This document shows, one piece after another, positions 1-9,082 of a stretch of 26,359 bases of DNA. This DNA is from a virus. Taxonomy: Duplodnaviria > Caudoviricetes. The notes beneath the pieces are model-generated. The model worked only from the letters and a program-made list of their open reading frames with translations. It had not been told where the DNA came from and did not search any database. The position numbers and the translations under genes were made by a program. Where the stretch lies: the IMG/VR virus record IMGVR_UViG_3300042866_001666, positions 1 through 26,359 of that record. One strand, given 5' to 3'. Numbering within the stretch: position 1 is the first letter of the stretch; every line of letters starts with the position of its first letter.

Positions 1-252
1 GAGTGCGTCATTCATGGACGATATGTGGTTCTGAATCATTTTCCTATTGCCATTTGGGAAAACATGAAGGAGGGAGCATATATGTTGTGTGGTCACAGTC
101 ATTACAGTTATCCAGCAACTCAAGTGGATAGTGCTGATGGATTGACATTGGATTGTGGATGGGATGGTCATGCCAAACCTCTGTTGTTTGATGAAATTGT
201 TAGTATCATGAATCAGAAACAGATTAGGAAAGCAGATCATCACGTTAAGTAA
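1..252 (+). CDS. Calcineurin-like metallophosphoesterase, C-terminal part (5'-truncated)
   Basis: Frame 1 is open from base 1 (ECVIHGRYVVLNHFP). LNHFP...W...LCGHSH...LDCGWD are the C-terminal motifs of phage metallophosphoesterases. Confidence 0.8.
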   Translation, partial: ECVIHGRYVVLNHFPIAIWENMKEGAYMLCGHSHYSYPATQVDSADGLTLDCGWDGHAKPLLFDEIVSIMNQKQIRKADHHVK

Positions 253-256
253 CAAC

Positions 257-290
257 ATCCCCACATTATAAAAACATGTGGGGATTTTTT
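257..290 (+). terminator. Intrinsic terminator
   Basis: ATCCCCACAT (257-266) / ATGTGGGGAT (276-285) inverted repeat followed by a T run, just after the stop at 252. Confidence 0.85.
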
Positions 291-295
291 ATGTT

Positions 296-324
296 TTGAT
301 AAAGAAAAGTTGTTAGTATATATT
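296..324 (+). promoter_or_regulatory. Sigma70-type promoter, probably leaderless
   Basis: TTGATA (296-301)-N17-TATATT (319-324); 7 nt to ATG 332. Confidence 0.6.
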
Positions 325-331
325 ACTGGTT

Positions 332-610
332 ATGCCTACATCACAATTATTAGACGACGAAAGTCACAAGTTTTTGACGGATCTTGGATTTGTTGCAAGA
401 CCTTTAATTGGTCATAGCATCAAAATCGCATATGATTATCCAGATGTAATATCGATTACTTTGAATAGGTCAATCAAAGTGACCTCATTAAAAAAGTTGC
501 TTCAGATCATTGTGGAACAAACATATTCTGAGGGTCGTGAACAGGGAAAGAATGATGCAATCAATGCAATCATGAAAAACGTAACCAGAACAATTTTTGA
601 CATCAAATAA
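332..610 (+). CDS. Hypothetical protein (92 aa)
   Basis: ATG ORF tiling with neighbours downstream of a promoter. Confidence 0.75.
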   Translation: MPTSQLLDDESHKFLTDLGFVARPLIGHSIKIAYDYPDVISITLNRSIKVTSLKKLLQIIVEQTYSEGREQGKNDAINAIMKNVTRTIFDIK

Positions 611-613
611 ATT

Positions 614-820
614 ATGAATAATTCTAATTATGCAGCCAAAGAAATTCTGACTCTTCTTCTTAAGAAGGGATGGGTTTCAACTGAGTGTTTCAGTTCTGAA
701 CATGTTGAACGAGATATTAAAAATATTATTGATAATGCTGCAGTGTGTAATATTAATTTAGATCCAAAGGGATTTACATTTGACAGTGCTATTTCACAAA
801 CATATACCTTTAGTGCATGA
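614..820 (+). CDS. Hypothetical protein (68 aa)
   Basis: ATG ORF; ATGA overlap with the next gene. Confidence 0.7.
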   Translation: MNNSNYAAKEILTLLLKKGWVSTECFSSEHVERDIKNIIDNAAVCNINLDPKGFTFDSAISQTYTFSA

Positions 821-1371
821 ATAAAGAACTTGAAGAATATTTGATTAAAAAATATCCAAAGATTCTAACTGTGTCAAATTATAACAAAGAACATTGTTAT
901 GGCATGTTTGGATTTGAGTGTAAAGATGGTTGGTTTTTGCATTTGGATAGAATGTTTGCCGCTATTCAATCAACGATTGATTTTAGTGAGACCAACTATG
1001 AAAATTTGACTCAGCATTACAACAAACTTCCTTGGTATAAGAAGTTGTGGTCAATATATAAGCGTTCACGATATCATTATTTACGTGACAATCAAACTCC
1101 TATTCCACAGGTTACTGCTGTACAAATAAAGGAGAAATTTGGAACTCTTCGATTTTATTATATTGGCGGTGATGAAAGAATCACTTCGATTGTTGATTTT
1201 TATGAATCGTATACCCAATATATATGTGAGGAATGTGGAAGCACAGTTGATGTTGGTTCGACTAGTGGATGGATTCGTAATGTATGTCAAAAACATGCAA
1301 AGGGTTCTAAACGAAATATTCACAATAAAGAAGCAACAAGTTTGTTCAATAAAATAGTTCATAAAATATGA
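817..1371 (+). CDS. Conserved phage protein of unknown function with C-terminal Zn-ribbon-like motif
   Basis: FECKDGW, QIKEKFGTLRFYY and ICEECG...W...C..H motifs of a widespread phage hypothetical family. Confidence 0.8.
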   Translation: MNKELEEYLIKKYPKILTVSNYNKEHCYGMFGFECKDGWFLHLDRMFAAIQSTIDFSETNYENLTQHYNKLPWYKKLWSIYKRSRYHYLRDNQTPIPQVTAVQIKEKFGTLRFYYIGGDERITSIVDFYESYTQYICEECGSTVDVGSTSGWIRNVCQKHAKGSKRNIHNKEATSLFNKIVHKI

Positions 1372-3101
1372 TTACAATGGGGTTTTCAATCGGTCATGAT
1401 AAAGGTGCTGTGTTGATTGTTGATGGACAAGTCAAAATTGGTATTTCACAGGAAAGACTATCAAGAATCAAACATGATGGTGCGTGGAAAGATGCTCATA
1501 CACCTGATTACGATGTTCCATTTGCGTCCATTTACTACTGTTTGGACGCTTATGGATTGAGGTTTGATCAAGTTGATTTGTACGTCTATAACTTCACAGA
1601 AGACTACAAGAACGCTTCTGATCATGTTGAACAACACTTTGTAAACGAAACAAAGTTGTCACTTGATAAGTTGGTGTACATTCCACATCATTTGGCACAT
1701 GCGTTTTCATCTTTTTATTCTTCGGGATTTGATGATGCAGCAGTTGTTGTTGTTGATGCAATGGGAAGTGTGTTCAACAACAAAACTGCTGATTGGTACA
1801 ATAATGATTATCCGTTTAGACGAGGTGAGTTTGCCGAAGGACATTCCATTTATCATTTCAAACGTGATCAAAAGTACAAAGAAGTATACAAGAAGTGGGT
1901 TTCATATCCCATGCATCATCCAGACCATCCTAACAATGGTGACGGACATAGTTTGGGATATTTTTATGGAACTGGAACACGTCAATTGGTGTACAACGCT
2001 GAAACCAATACATGGGCAGCTGGAAAACTGATGGGATTGGCATCATACGCTGATACTGAATGGTTGGAGAAACAACCGGATTTGATTGATATCAATCCCG
2101 CAACCAAATCGTTTAAGGTATTTGGTTGGCCACATTTTTATCATTCTCATGTGAACCATGAATCTGGATTTCAGGAACGTGCAAATGTTGCTGGACTTTA
2201 TCAAAGATCACTTGAAAGGGGTATAACGATTTTGGCTGAACATGCCAAACGTGAAACAAACAGTGATAACTTGTGTGTTGCTGGTGGATGTTTCTTGAAT
2301 TGTAACACCAATGAACAGTTGATCAAATCGGGATTATATAAGGATTACTTCTTTTTACCGCCAGCTGATGATAGTGGTATTCCGTTGGGATGTGCGTGGT
2401 ATGGACATGTTGTCTTGGGATACGAAGAAACTACATCTCAGATGAAACATGCGTACTTTGGTAAACAATATAGTGAAACTGATATCGCATATGGTGTTTA
2501 CAAGTATATGGATGTAATTAACGACCACAATTTTGTGGTTAAACGTTATGATTCTGAAGATGAACAAATTGAAGCGATTGCCAAGATGTTGGCAGAAAAT
2601 AAGGTGATTGGATATTTCAGTGGAGGATCAGAAATCGGACCACGTGCTTTGGGACACAGAAGTATTTTAGCTTCACCGTGTGCACCGTGGATGAAAGAAT
2701 ATGTGAATGCTGAGATCAAGAAACGTGAATGGTATAGACCATTTGCACCGTCTGTTCTTGAAGAGTATGCGTCTGAGATCTTTACGTTGAGTGTTTATTC
2801 ACCGTTTATGTTGGTGACCAGTCAAGTGAATCCAAATTGGGCGTCAAAGATTCCTGCTGTGGTTCATATTGATAATACTTCACGGTTTCAATCAGTTTCA
2901 AAAAATGTTAATTTGAAGTATCACAAGTTGATATCTAAGTTTCATGAATTTACAGGTGTACCATTGGTAATGAACACCAGTTTCAATGGCAATGATGAAC
3001 CTATCGTTGAATCGCCATATGATGCAATGCGTTGTTTTGTGAGAAACAAGATGAATGCTTTGTGTATTGAAAACTTCGTAATTACACATTTAAAAAAATA
3101 G
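1368..3101 (+). CDS. Carbamoyltransferase, NodU/CmcH family
   Basis: GHD, ERLSRIKH, HHLAHA, GKLMGLASY, AGGCFLN, PPADDSG, EIGPRALGHRSILASP, KKREWYRPFAPSV and NTSFN..EPIV motifs; 577 aa. Confidence 0.95.
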   Translation: MITMGFSIGHDKGAVLIVDGQVKIGISQERLSRIKHDGAWKDAHTPDYDVPFASIYYCLDAYGLRFDQVDLYVYNFTEDYKNASDHVEQHFVNETKLSLDKLVYIPHHLAHAFSSFYSSGFDDAAVVVVDAMGSVFNNKTADWYNNDYPFRRGEFAEGHSIYHFKRDQKYKEVYKKWVSYPMHHPDHPNNGDGHSLGYFYGTGTRQLVYNAETNTWAAGKLMGLASYADTEWLEKQPDLIDINPATKSFKVFGWPHFYHSHVNHESGFQERANVAGLYQRSLERGITILAEHAKRETNSDNLCVAGGCFLNCNTNEQLIKSGLYKDYFFLPPADDSGIPLGCAWYGHVVLGYEETTSQMKHAYFGKQYSETDIAYGVYKYMDVINDHNFVVKRYDSEDEQIEAIAKMLAENKVIGYFSGGSEIGPRALGHRSILASPCAPWMKEYVNAEIKKREWYRPFAPSVLEEYASEIFTLSVYSPFMLVTSQVNPNWASKIPAVVHIDNTSRFQSVSKNVNLKYHKLISKFHEFTGVPLVMNTSFNGNDEPIVESPYDAMRCFVRNKMNALCIENFVITHLKK

Positions 3102-3135
3102 TAGAATCACATACAAACAATAGTTATAATCAAAT

Positions 3136-3705
3136 ATGAGAACAAATGTTATTATCACAGACGATTTTTATACGAATCCTCTTGAAGTTCGGCAATTTGC
3201 ATTGGGTCAAGAATTTAAGGTACGTGGAAATTATCCGGGAGCAAGAACTGAACCGATGGTCAATGATTCTATTCGTGACACCATTCAGGCTCTTGTTTTG
3301 AACGCAGGTGGTCGTATCACATCGTTTCCGAATGATGGTTACAATGGATCTTTTCAAATCACCTATGCATGGGAAAAGTCGTGGATTCATGCTGATTCAT
3401 TCAATACATGGGCGGGAATATGTTATTTGACTCCAAATGCACCGTTGACTGGAGGTACAGCTACGTATCGTCATAAACCAACAGGTGCGTACTTTTCAAC
3501 AGAACTCAATGATGAACAGGCAAAAGACGCTGATGCTGATGGAAGTGATGTAACCAAGTGGGAAACCGTTGATACCTTTGGCAATGTATTCAATCGGTTG
3601 GTATTGTATCGTGGAAAGGCATATCACATGAGTCGTGATTATTTTGGTCGAACGCTTGAAAATTGTAGGTTGTTTCAAGTGTTTTTCTTTGATACTGAAT
3701 ATTGA
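3136..3705 (+). CDS. 2OG-Fe(II) dioxygenase-like protein (DUF6445-like)
   Basis: DDFY.NP, NYPGART, WIHAD (HxD), WAGICYLTP, GGT, FNRLVLY...H and RLFQVFF (distal His and 2OG-binding Arg). Confidence 0.8.
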   Translation: MRTNVIITDDFYTNPLEVRQFALGQEFKVRGNYPGARTEPMVNDSIRDTIQALVLNAGGRITSFPNDGYNGSFQITYAWEKSWIHADSFNTWAGICYLTPNAPLTGGTATYRHKPTGAYFSTELNDEQAKDADADGSDVTKWETVDTFGNVFNRLVLYRGKAYHMSRDYFGRTLENCRLFQVFFFDTEY

Positions 3706-3708
3706 TCT

Positions 3709-4986
3709 ATGCCTTTAAAAATAGTAAAGGTTGTTATATACGGTCTTTCTGAAACTATTGATTTATCTACAAACGCACCAAGTTATCAACCAGAATATTC
3801 TGGGATTGAAACAACAACGTTTAAAGATGATTCTAACTTCACTGAGATCTACAATAATTGGGAACCCGATATCGTTGTAGTTATTGGGAACCTTAATCAC
3901 TTTCCTATTGTATCACGGTGGCAAGAACATCTTAAATCTAAACTCTATTTGTTGTCTAAACAAGAGTGGGAGTGTAATGGATCAAACTATTATGTAGAAG
4001 AGTTCTTTAATCGATACATCAAAAATAGTATAACCAATTATAATTCTCTCAACAAGATTTCGGTATATACCGCGTCGTGTAACACAAAAGATAGAATCAG
4101 AGTTGCATACGAATCATTAATAAATCAAACCCACCAAAACTGGGAATGGTCAATTTATGATGATTCTACCGATGAAACGACATGGGAAATTGTCAAAGAG
4201 TTGGCAAAAACTGATGGTCGTATCAACATTAACAAAAACGCAAATCAGTCTGGATATTCCAGAATAGGATTCAACAAGTTTAGTGCAGCAACGCATTGTT
4301 CATCAAACTATCTTGTTGAATTGGACCATGATGACGCTTTTACACCTACAGCGTTAGAAAAAATACTATTTACTCACAAAAAATTCCCAGAGTGTGGTTT
4401 TGTTTATGCTGATTGGGTTGAAATGCATTTTGAGTCCAAACAAGAAATAGATTATGGTGATCCATACGCATGGGGATATGGATCATATTACACTGTAAAA
4501 CATCCATTTCATGATAGAGACATGAAAGTGGCATGCGCACCAAGTGTAAATCCGTTGAGTATAAGGCGTTTGTGGAGTTTGTTTAACCATCCAAAGTCAT
4601 GGAAGAAAGACTTTTACATTAAAATTGGTGGACATAATCGATATCTTAATAGTGCCGATGACTATGAACTGATGTTACGAACGTTTTTGAACACGCGAAT
4701 GGTTCATCTACATCACTTTTGTTCGATTCAGTATTTTTACGATCATAACACCAAAGTTAGTAATGGAGGATTGGGATGGGAGTATCATGGTGACATTATG
4801 CGTCATGTACGATACATTCAAAACCATTATACGGGCAAAATTAAAGCCAGATTTGAAGAGTTGGGAAAAGTAGACTGGGGATACAATCCAAAAAACCCAG
4901 ATTCAGTGAAAGATTTTTATCTCGGACAAAATTATGCACGATCCGGGGAAGAAGAACAACGTGCAAACATAGATTTTACACCTTAA
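3709..4986 (+). CDS. Glycosyltransferase family 2 with N-terminal extension
   Basis: ISVYT, YESLINQTHQNWEWSIYDDS, VELDHDD (DxD), IGG...ADDYELMLR. Confidence 0.9.
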   Translation: MPLKIVKVVIYGLSETIDLSTNAPSYQPEYSGIETTTFKDDSNFTEIYNNWEPDIVVVIGNLNHFPIVSRWQEHLKSKLYLLSKQEWECNGSNYYVEEFFNRYIKNSITNYNSLNKISVYTASCNTKDRIRVAYESLINQTHQNWEWSIYDDSTDETTWEIVKELAKTDGRININKNANQSGYSRIGFNKFSAATHCSSNYLVELDHDDAFTPTALEKILFTHKKFPECGFVYADWVEMHFESKQEIDYGDPYAWGYGSYYTVKHPFHDRDMKVACAPSVNPLSIRRLWSLFNHPKSWKKDFYIKIGGHNRYLNSADDYELMLRTFLNTRMVHLHHFCSIQYFYDHNTKVSNGGLGWEYHGDIMRHVRYIQNHYTGKIKARFEELGKVDWGYNPKNPDSVKDFYLGQNYARSGEEEQRANIDFTP

Positions 4987-4987
4987 T

Positions 4988-6223
4988 ATGAAGAACAAAA
5001 CTGTAAAAATTGTATTGAACGCAATGGTCAAGAATGAAGCAGCCGTCATTGAACGAATGCTTGAATCTGCCTACAAATATATTGATTACTGGGTTATTCA
5101 AGACAACGGTTCTACCGATGGAACACAGGATATCATCAAGAACTTCTTTGAAAGCAAGAATATTCCGGGTATTTTGTATTACGAGCCATGGCAATACCCC
5201 GGTTATAATCGTAACCATACTCTTCAACATTGTTTGCAATCTAATCATGGATGTGATTATATTTTACGTATGGACGCTGACGAAATCTTAGAAGTTGATG
5301 AAGATTTTGATTGGGACACTATCAAAAGTCATGATGCTTGGAATATGGTTGCTCGTAGTGGCAATTATGACTATTATCGTATGTGGTTGTGGAAGACAGG
5401 ATTGCCATGGTACTTCGCTGATGATAAACGACATGAAACTATTCACATGAAAGACAACCAAACATACAGCGTTGGAATGCTTTCACACAAGTTTCGCCAT
5501 GTGTTGTTGCCCGGTGGTGTAACGTGGGAAAATCCATTCAAGTTTTTCATCGACGCACTTGAATTGGAAAATCAGGTTGTTACCAAACAAAACTGTAAAG
5601 ATCTTTACCATCTGTTTTATGTGGGTAAATCGTATAACGATACCGTTAACGGTGAAATCTTTCCGTTTAAATTGGATCACGCTAAAGAAGTTGTACGCCG
5701 TGCTACATTCTACTTTGAACAGTACATCAAACAACATATTCCAGAGTATCCAAATGTCAATCTATTCAAAATTCCCGCAAAAGCAGAGTACGTTTACTAC
5801 GGACTTTATTTGATTGGTTGTATGAATGAAAATGTTGGTCATATTGATGTAGCATTGGATTATTGGAAGAGAGCTTTTAATTTTGATCCAATTCGTAACG
5901 AAGCAATAATGGCTCTGTGCAGACATTATCTCAATAGAGTTGATGATGTTCCTAATTTGTATTTGTATTCTAGTATCGCAATACGAAATAAATATCCGTT
6001 TCCTGATAAACGAGTGGTATGGGTTGAAAAAGACGCATACGTAGACACTGGATGGCAGGCACTCGACTATTATGTAGTGTCTTCCTATCACATGGGATTC
6101 TTCGAAGATTCAAGAGATGCCGCCCGTTTGTTATTGTCGGACAATTATAAACATCTGGTTCCTACTGAACATCGTGGTCGAATTGAGAACAACTTGTATC
6201 ATGCCAATTTAAAACTTCAGTAA
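4988..6223 (+). CDS. Glycosyltransferase family 2 with C-terminal TPR-like region
   Basis: MVKNEAAVIERML, DNGSTDGT, NRNHTL, MDADE, HE; helical C-terminus (FYVGKSY, AFNFDPIRNEA). Confidence 0.9.
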   Translation: MKNKTVKIVLNAMVKNEAAVIERMLESAYKYIDYWVIQDNGSTDGTQDIIKNFFESKNIPGILYYEPWQYPGYNRNHTLQHCLQSNHGCDYILRMDADEILEVDEDFDWDTIKSHDAWNMVARSGNYDYYRMWLWKTGLPWYFADDKRHETIHMKDNQTYSVGMLSHKFRHVLLPGGVTWENPFKFFIDALELENQVVTKQNCKDLYHLFYVGKSYNDTVNGEIFPFKLDHAKEVVRRATFYFEQYIKQHIPEYPNVNLFKIPAKAEYVYYGLYLIGCMNENVGHIDVALDYWKRAFNFDPIRNEAIMALCRHYLNRVDDVPNLYLYSSIAIRNKYPFPDKRVVWVEKDAYVDTGWQALDYYVVSSYHMGFFEDSRDAARLLLSDNYKHLVPTEHRGRIENNLYHANLKLQ

Positions 6224-6227
6224 GTGG

Positions 6228-6256
6228 TTGACAAAGGCCCGTTCATGGTGTATATT
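6228..6256 (+). promoter_or_regulatory. Sigma70-type promoter, probably leaderless
   Basis: TTGACA (6228-6233)-N17-TATATT (6251-6256); 6 nt to ATG 6263. Confidence 0.8.
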
Positions 6257-6262
6257 TCACCC

Positions 6263-7042
6263 ATGTTAACGTTGAACTCAAAGAAAAAGAAGGTTGTCAT
6301 TGTGGCTGACCCCCACAATGACATTCAAAAACTTGATAACATCATCAAACGAGAGGATGCGGATATCAACATCTGTCTTGGTGATTGGTATGATAGCTTT
6401 GTATATGATAGCCCTTTGGATTACGAAGCAACTACCAAATATCTGAGAGACACATTTCTACCAGATCCGAGAAACTACACTCTATTTGGTAACCACGATA
6501 TTCATTATCTATATTACAACGAAAGTGCAATGTGCAGTGGTTACGAAGAATGGAAATATCGAACCATTGACGATGCGTTGGGTAAAGACCGTGGATCTGT
6601 TCGTAACAAGTTTCATTGGTTTATTGTGTTGGACGATATTCTACTGACTCATGCTGGGTTAGATAACAGACTATTGCCACCACATCTCAAAACCAATACA
6701 GATATATTCAATTACCTTGATAGTCAGACACAACAAGTTTCTTCCAAGTTGATTTCAAACGATGTTCATTGGTTTTACCAAGTTGGCCACAGTCGTGGAG
6801 GACGATTTAAAGCTGGAGGAATCGTTTGGTGTGACTTTGATTATGAATTCAGTCCTATTGATGACTTGAGACAAATTGTGGGTCATACCAGTCAATGGGA
6901 AACCGGACGAGCAAAACAGCATATCACCGAAGGTGTGATGAACATTGCAGACGCAAACAACATTTGTATTGATTGTCATTTGAATCAGTATCTTGTGTTG
7001 ACTAATGGAAAGTTGGAATTGAAAAACTACACGGATCTATAA
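6263..7042 (+). CDS. Calcineurin-like metallophosphoesterase
   Basis: ADPH, LGDWYD, GNHD, THAG and VGHT motifs. Start moved from 6224 to ATG 6263 because the upstream part is the promoter. Confidence 0.9.
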   Translation: MLTLNSKKKKVVIVADPHNDIQKLDNIIKREDADINICLGDWYDSFVYDSPLDYEATTKYLRDTFLPDPRNYTLFGNHDIHYLYYNESAMCSGYEEWKYRTIDDALGKDRGSVRNKFHWFIVLDDILLTHAGLDNRLLPPHLKTNTDIFNYLDSQTQQVSSKLISNDVHWFYQVGHSRGGRFKAGGIVWCDFDYEFSPIDDLRQIVGHTSQWETGRAKQHITEGVMNIADANNICIDCHLNQYLVLTNGKLELKNYTDL

Positions 7043-7046
7043 AACT

Positions 7047-7217
7047 ATGAAAATATTTTTGGCAATGTTGTTTAACTTGGGTTTATCGTTGGGATTGAGT
7101 GTGTTGTTTTACACACAATTCAAACTTGATGTGTCACCTACAATTATTTCTATCATGTTGATCGTGGCTTATCTTTTGTTGCCACAGAAGTTCCACGATT
7201 GGATTGCTGAAAAATGA
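7047..7217 (+). CDS. Small membrane protein (56 aa; not in ORF track)
   Basis: MKIFLAMLFNLGLSLGLSVLFYTQFKLDVSPTIISIMLIVAYLLLPQKFHDWIAEK*; two hydrophobic segments; fills the gap and overlaps the next gene by ATGA. Confidence 0.75.
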   Translation: MKIFLAMLFNLGLSLGLSVLFYTQFKLDVSPTIISIMLIVAYLLLPQKFHDWIAEK

Positions 7218-7453
7218 ATATTAGACCATCACAATGTTTTGAATGTGAGACAGGTACATACAAAGATGTAACTGTCAATTATTTCTCACAATTAAGTGGG
7301 GGAAGAAGTCTCGTAACCAAAGATGTAACAATTCAACGTTGTGACACTTGTGGTGGTGAAATTTTAGATTCTAAAGCGTCTAAGATAATTGAATCAAATA
7401 TTGAACGTAATTTTCCAGGCTATTATGAACGTACACGTTCCAGAAGAAATTAA
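7214..7453 (+). CDS. YgiT/MqsA-type zinc-finger protein (no HTH)
   Basis: CFECETG...VTIQRCDTCGGEILD pattern; 79 aa. Confidence 0.7.
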   Translation: MNIRPSQCFECETGTYKDVTVNYFSQLSGGRSLVTKDVTIQRCDTCGGEILDSKASKIIESNIERNFPGYYERTRSRRN

Positions 7454-7625
7454 GTCTAAATATGCTCACATGGAGTTTCGTGGCAAACAACGACAACTCC
7501 ATGATCGAACAATCATTGAAGCGTATAATCCTGCCACTGAACAACATTTCTTTTACAGCTTCGATGAGGATTTTTTCTGGTTCAAAGACCAAATTCCTGA
7601 TTGGAAACTTCAAAAAATCTCTTGA
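7425..7625 (+). CDS. Hypothetical protein (66 aa)
   Basis: In-frame ATG 7425 within the tracked ORF; fills the gap before the next promoter. Confidence 0.65.
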   Translation: MNVHVPEEIKSKYAHMEFRGKQRQLHDRTIIEAYNPATEQHFFYSFDEDFFWFKDQIPDWKLQKIS

Positions 7626-7649
7626 CTGTTCACGGATGTATGGTAAAGT
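7622..7649 (+). promoter_or_regulatory. Sigma70-type promoter (extended -10), probably leaderless
   Basis: TTGACT (7622-7627)-N16-TAAAGT (7644-7649), preceded by TGG; 6 nt to ATG 7656. Confidence 0.7.
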
Positions 7650-7655
7650 TCAATC

Positions 7656-8180
7656 ATGACTGAACAAACCTACATGAACCTAAAAGATGCAGTAAAGCGT
7701 CCTGTACTCAGTGAGAAGACTGTTAATCGTGCCAACAAGGCATTTGTTAGGATGGTTGATAACTACCAGAAATGGAATGAGTCTATCACTGCTGATGAGC
7801 CACGTGAGACATATGAAGATGACATTTTTAATTGTCTCTTTGAATATGACTTGGATGGTTATAATTTGGCAGAATATCTAAAATCTAAGGTTAATCTTGC
7901 CTTTTGTGATGCTGAACTTGTAGATATTTTGGATGATATGATCTATGTCAAGAAGTCTTTAGAAGATGAAATGTTGAAACAATGGGTTAAGGAAAACTTT
8001 TTGACCATATCAGATGATGTGGTTGGTAAGAAAGTTAATGTTAAACAGGGTTCTCGTAAGTATGAGAACCTCTACATTACTGGAATTAGACCAGACACTT
8101 ATCAAGTGACGATTAGTGATAATATTAATGCAAAGGGTGGTCGTATCGTTGGATTTGAAAATGTAACTTTTGTTGACTAA
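7656..8180 (+). CDS. Hypothetical protein (174 aa)
   Basis: Long ATG ORF with its own promoter. Confidence 0.8.
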   Translation: MTEQTYMNLKDAVKRPVLSEKTVNRANKAFVRMVDNYQKWNESITADEPRETYEDDIFNCLFEYDLDGYNLAEYLKSKVNLAFCDAELVDILDDMIYVKKSLEDEMLKQWVKENFLTISDDVVGKKVNVKQGSRKYENLYITGIRPDTYQVTISDNINAKGGRIVGFENVTFVD

Positions 8181-8181
8181 T

Positions 8182-8415
8182 ATGAATGTAGACCAATTAA
8201 TTAAACGACTACAAATGTACCCACCAGATTTACGGGTAGTTGTGCGTGGTTATGAAGGTGGATACAACGACGTTGATCAGTTTGAGACCATGAAGATTGT
8301 GATTGACTTTAATGAAGAATGGTATTATGGTAAACATGAAGATGTTGAGTCCCTTTACGGCAAAAACTCTGAACTGTTAAAGACCAACGCTGTTGACGCA
8401 CTACGAATTGGATAA
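8182..8415 (+). CDS. Conserved phage hypothetical protein
   Basis: MNVDQLIKRLQMYPPDLRVVVRGYEGGYND, a common small phage protein pattern; ATG 8182 preferred. Confidence 0.8.
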   Translation: MNVDQLIKRLQMYPPDLRVVVRGYEGGYNDVDQFETMKIVIDFNEEWYYGKHEDVESLYGKNSELLKTNAVDALRIG

Positions 8416-8418
8416 TTT

Positions 8419-8859
8419 ATGAGTTACTATACACTTACACAAAAGCAATATCCTTCTATTGAAGGAGATGAATCGGTTAATCTGTCTCAACTAGAGACAT
8501 TCTATAAAAAGAATGTGTCGGATGAAAAAGATGATCATCCTTATTACATCGTTTTAGTTGGCAGTTCATCGACACTGAAATTTGCTGATCCAGCTGAACG
8601 TGATCGAGCAATGGAAGATCTAATTGAAGAAACAAAAAATATGAATAACACTGTAACGTCTGATATCAAAAACTTCATCAAGGAACACCGCCAAATCGTT
8701 TATTGGGTGGTACTTGCACTAATTGTTGACCATTTATTTTTGAACGGCCAACTTCGGTCCAAGATCAAGAACATCATTCAAGGTCTACTCAATAAGGCTG
8801 AAGCAAGCATCACTGGTAAGCCAGTTGAGACAATCGAAGTAACCACTAACCAGAACTAA
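8419..8859 (+). CDS. Hypothetical protein with one predicted TM segment
   Basis: 146 aa; IVYWVVLALIVDHLFL hydrophobic stretch; possible internal start at ATG 8641. Confidence 0.75.
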   Translation: MSYYTLTQKQYPSIEGDESVNLSQLETFYKKNVSDEKDDHPYYIVLVGSSSTLKFADPAERDRAMEDLIEETKNMNNTVTSDIKNFIKEHRQIVYWVVLALIVDHLFLNGQLRSKIKNIIQGLLNKAEASITGKPVETIEVTTNQN

Positions 8860-8860
8860 A

Positions 8861-8989
8861 ATGACCAAAGCAACCCTTGCATTTCTGTTGGGAATCTTCC
8901 TCGGAATGAATGGGCGTTGGCTTACTCACGCCTTCTATTTGATCATTATTGCGTGGCTGTTGCTCTGGCATTTTGCTTCGTGTAAATAA
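8861..8989 (+). CDS. Small membrane protein (42 aa; not in ORF track)
   Basis: MTKATLAFLLGIFLGMNGRWLTHAFYLIIIAWLLLWHFASCK*; starts 1 nt after the previous stop. Confidence 0.7.
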   Translation: MTKATLAFLLGIFLGMNGRWLTHAFYLIIIAWLLLWHFASCK

Positions 8990-9048
8990 TCATATTATGG
9001 AACAATTATTGGTTCACGTTTCTGGTTCTAAATTTTTATGAATTTGAG

Positions 9049-9076
9049 TTGACTTTCTGCAAAGTCATGGTAAATT
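9049..9076 (+). promoter_or_regulatory. Sigma70-type promoter (extended -10), probably leaderless
   Basis: TTGACT (9049-9054)-N16-TAAATT (9071-9076), preceded by TGG; 6 nt to ATG 9083. Confidence 0.75.
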
Positions 9077-9082
9077 AGACGT

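Noticed and set aside
3102-3135. TATAAT (3125-3130) 5 nt before ATG 3136 as another leaderless sigma70 promoter
   Set aside because: The -35 match is poor (TAGAAT) and it overlaps a TAGTTAT variant of the other motif; class ambiguous, so not listed as a feature.
8997-9041. 14-codon ORF MEQLLVHVSGSKFL
   Set aside because: Too short with no supporting signal; may be a gene remnant but cannot be supported.
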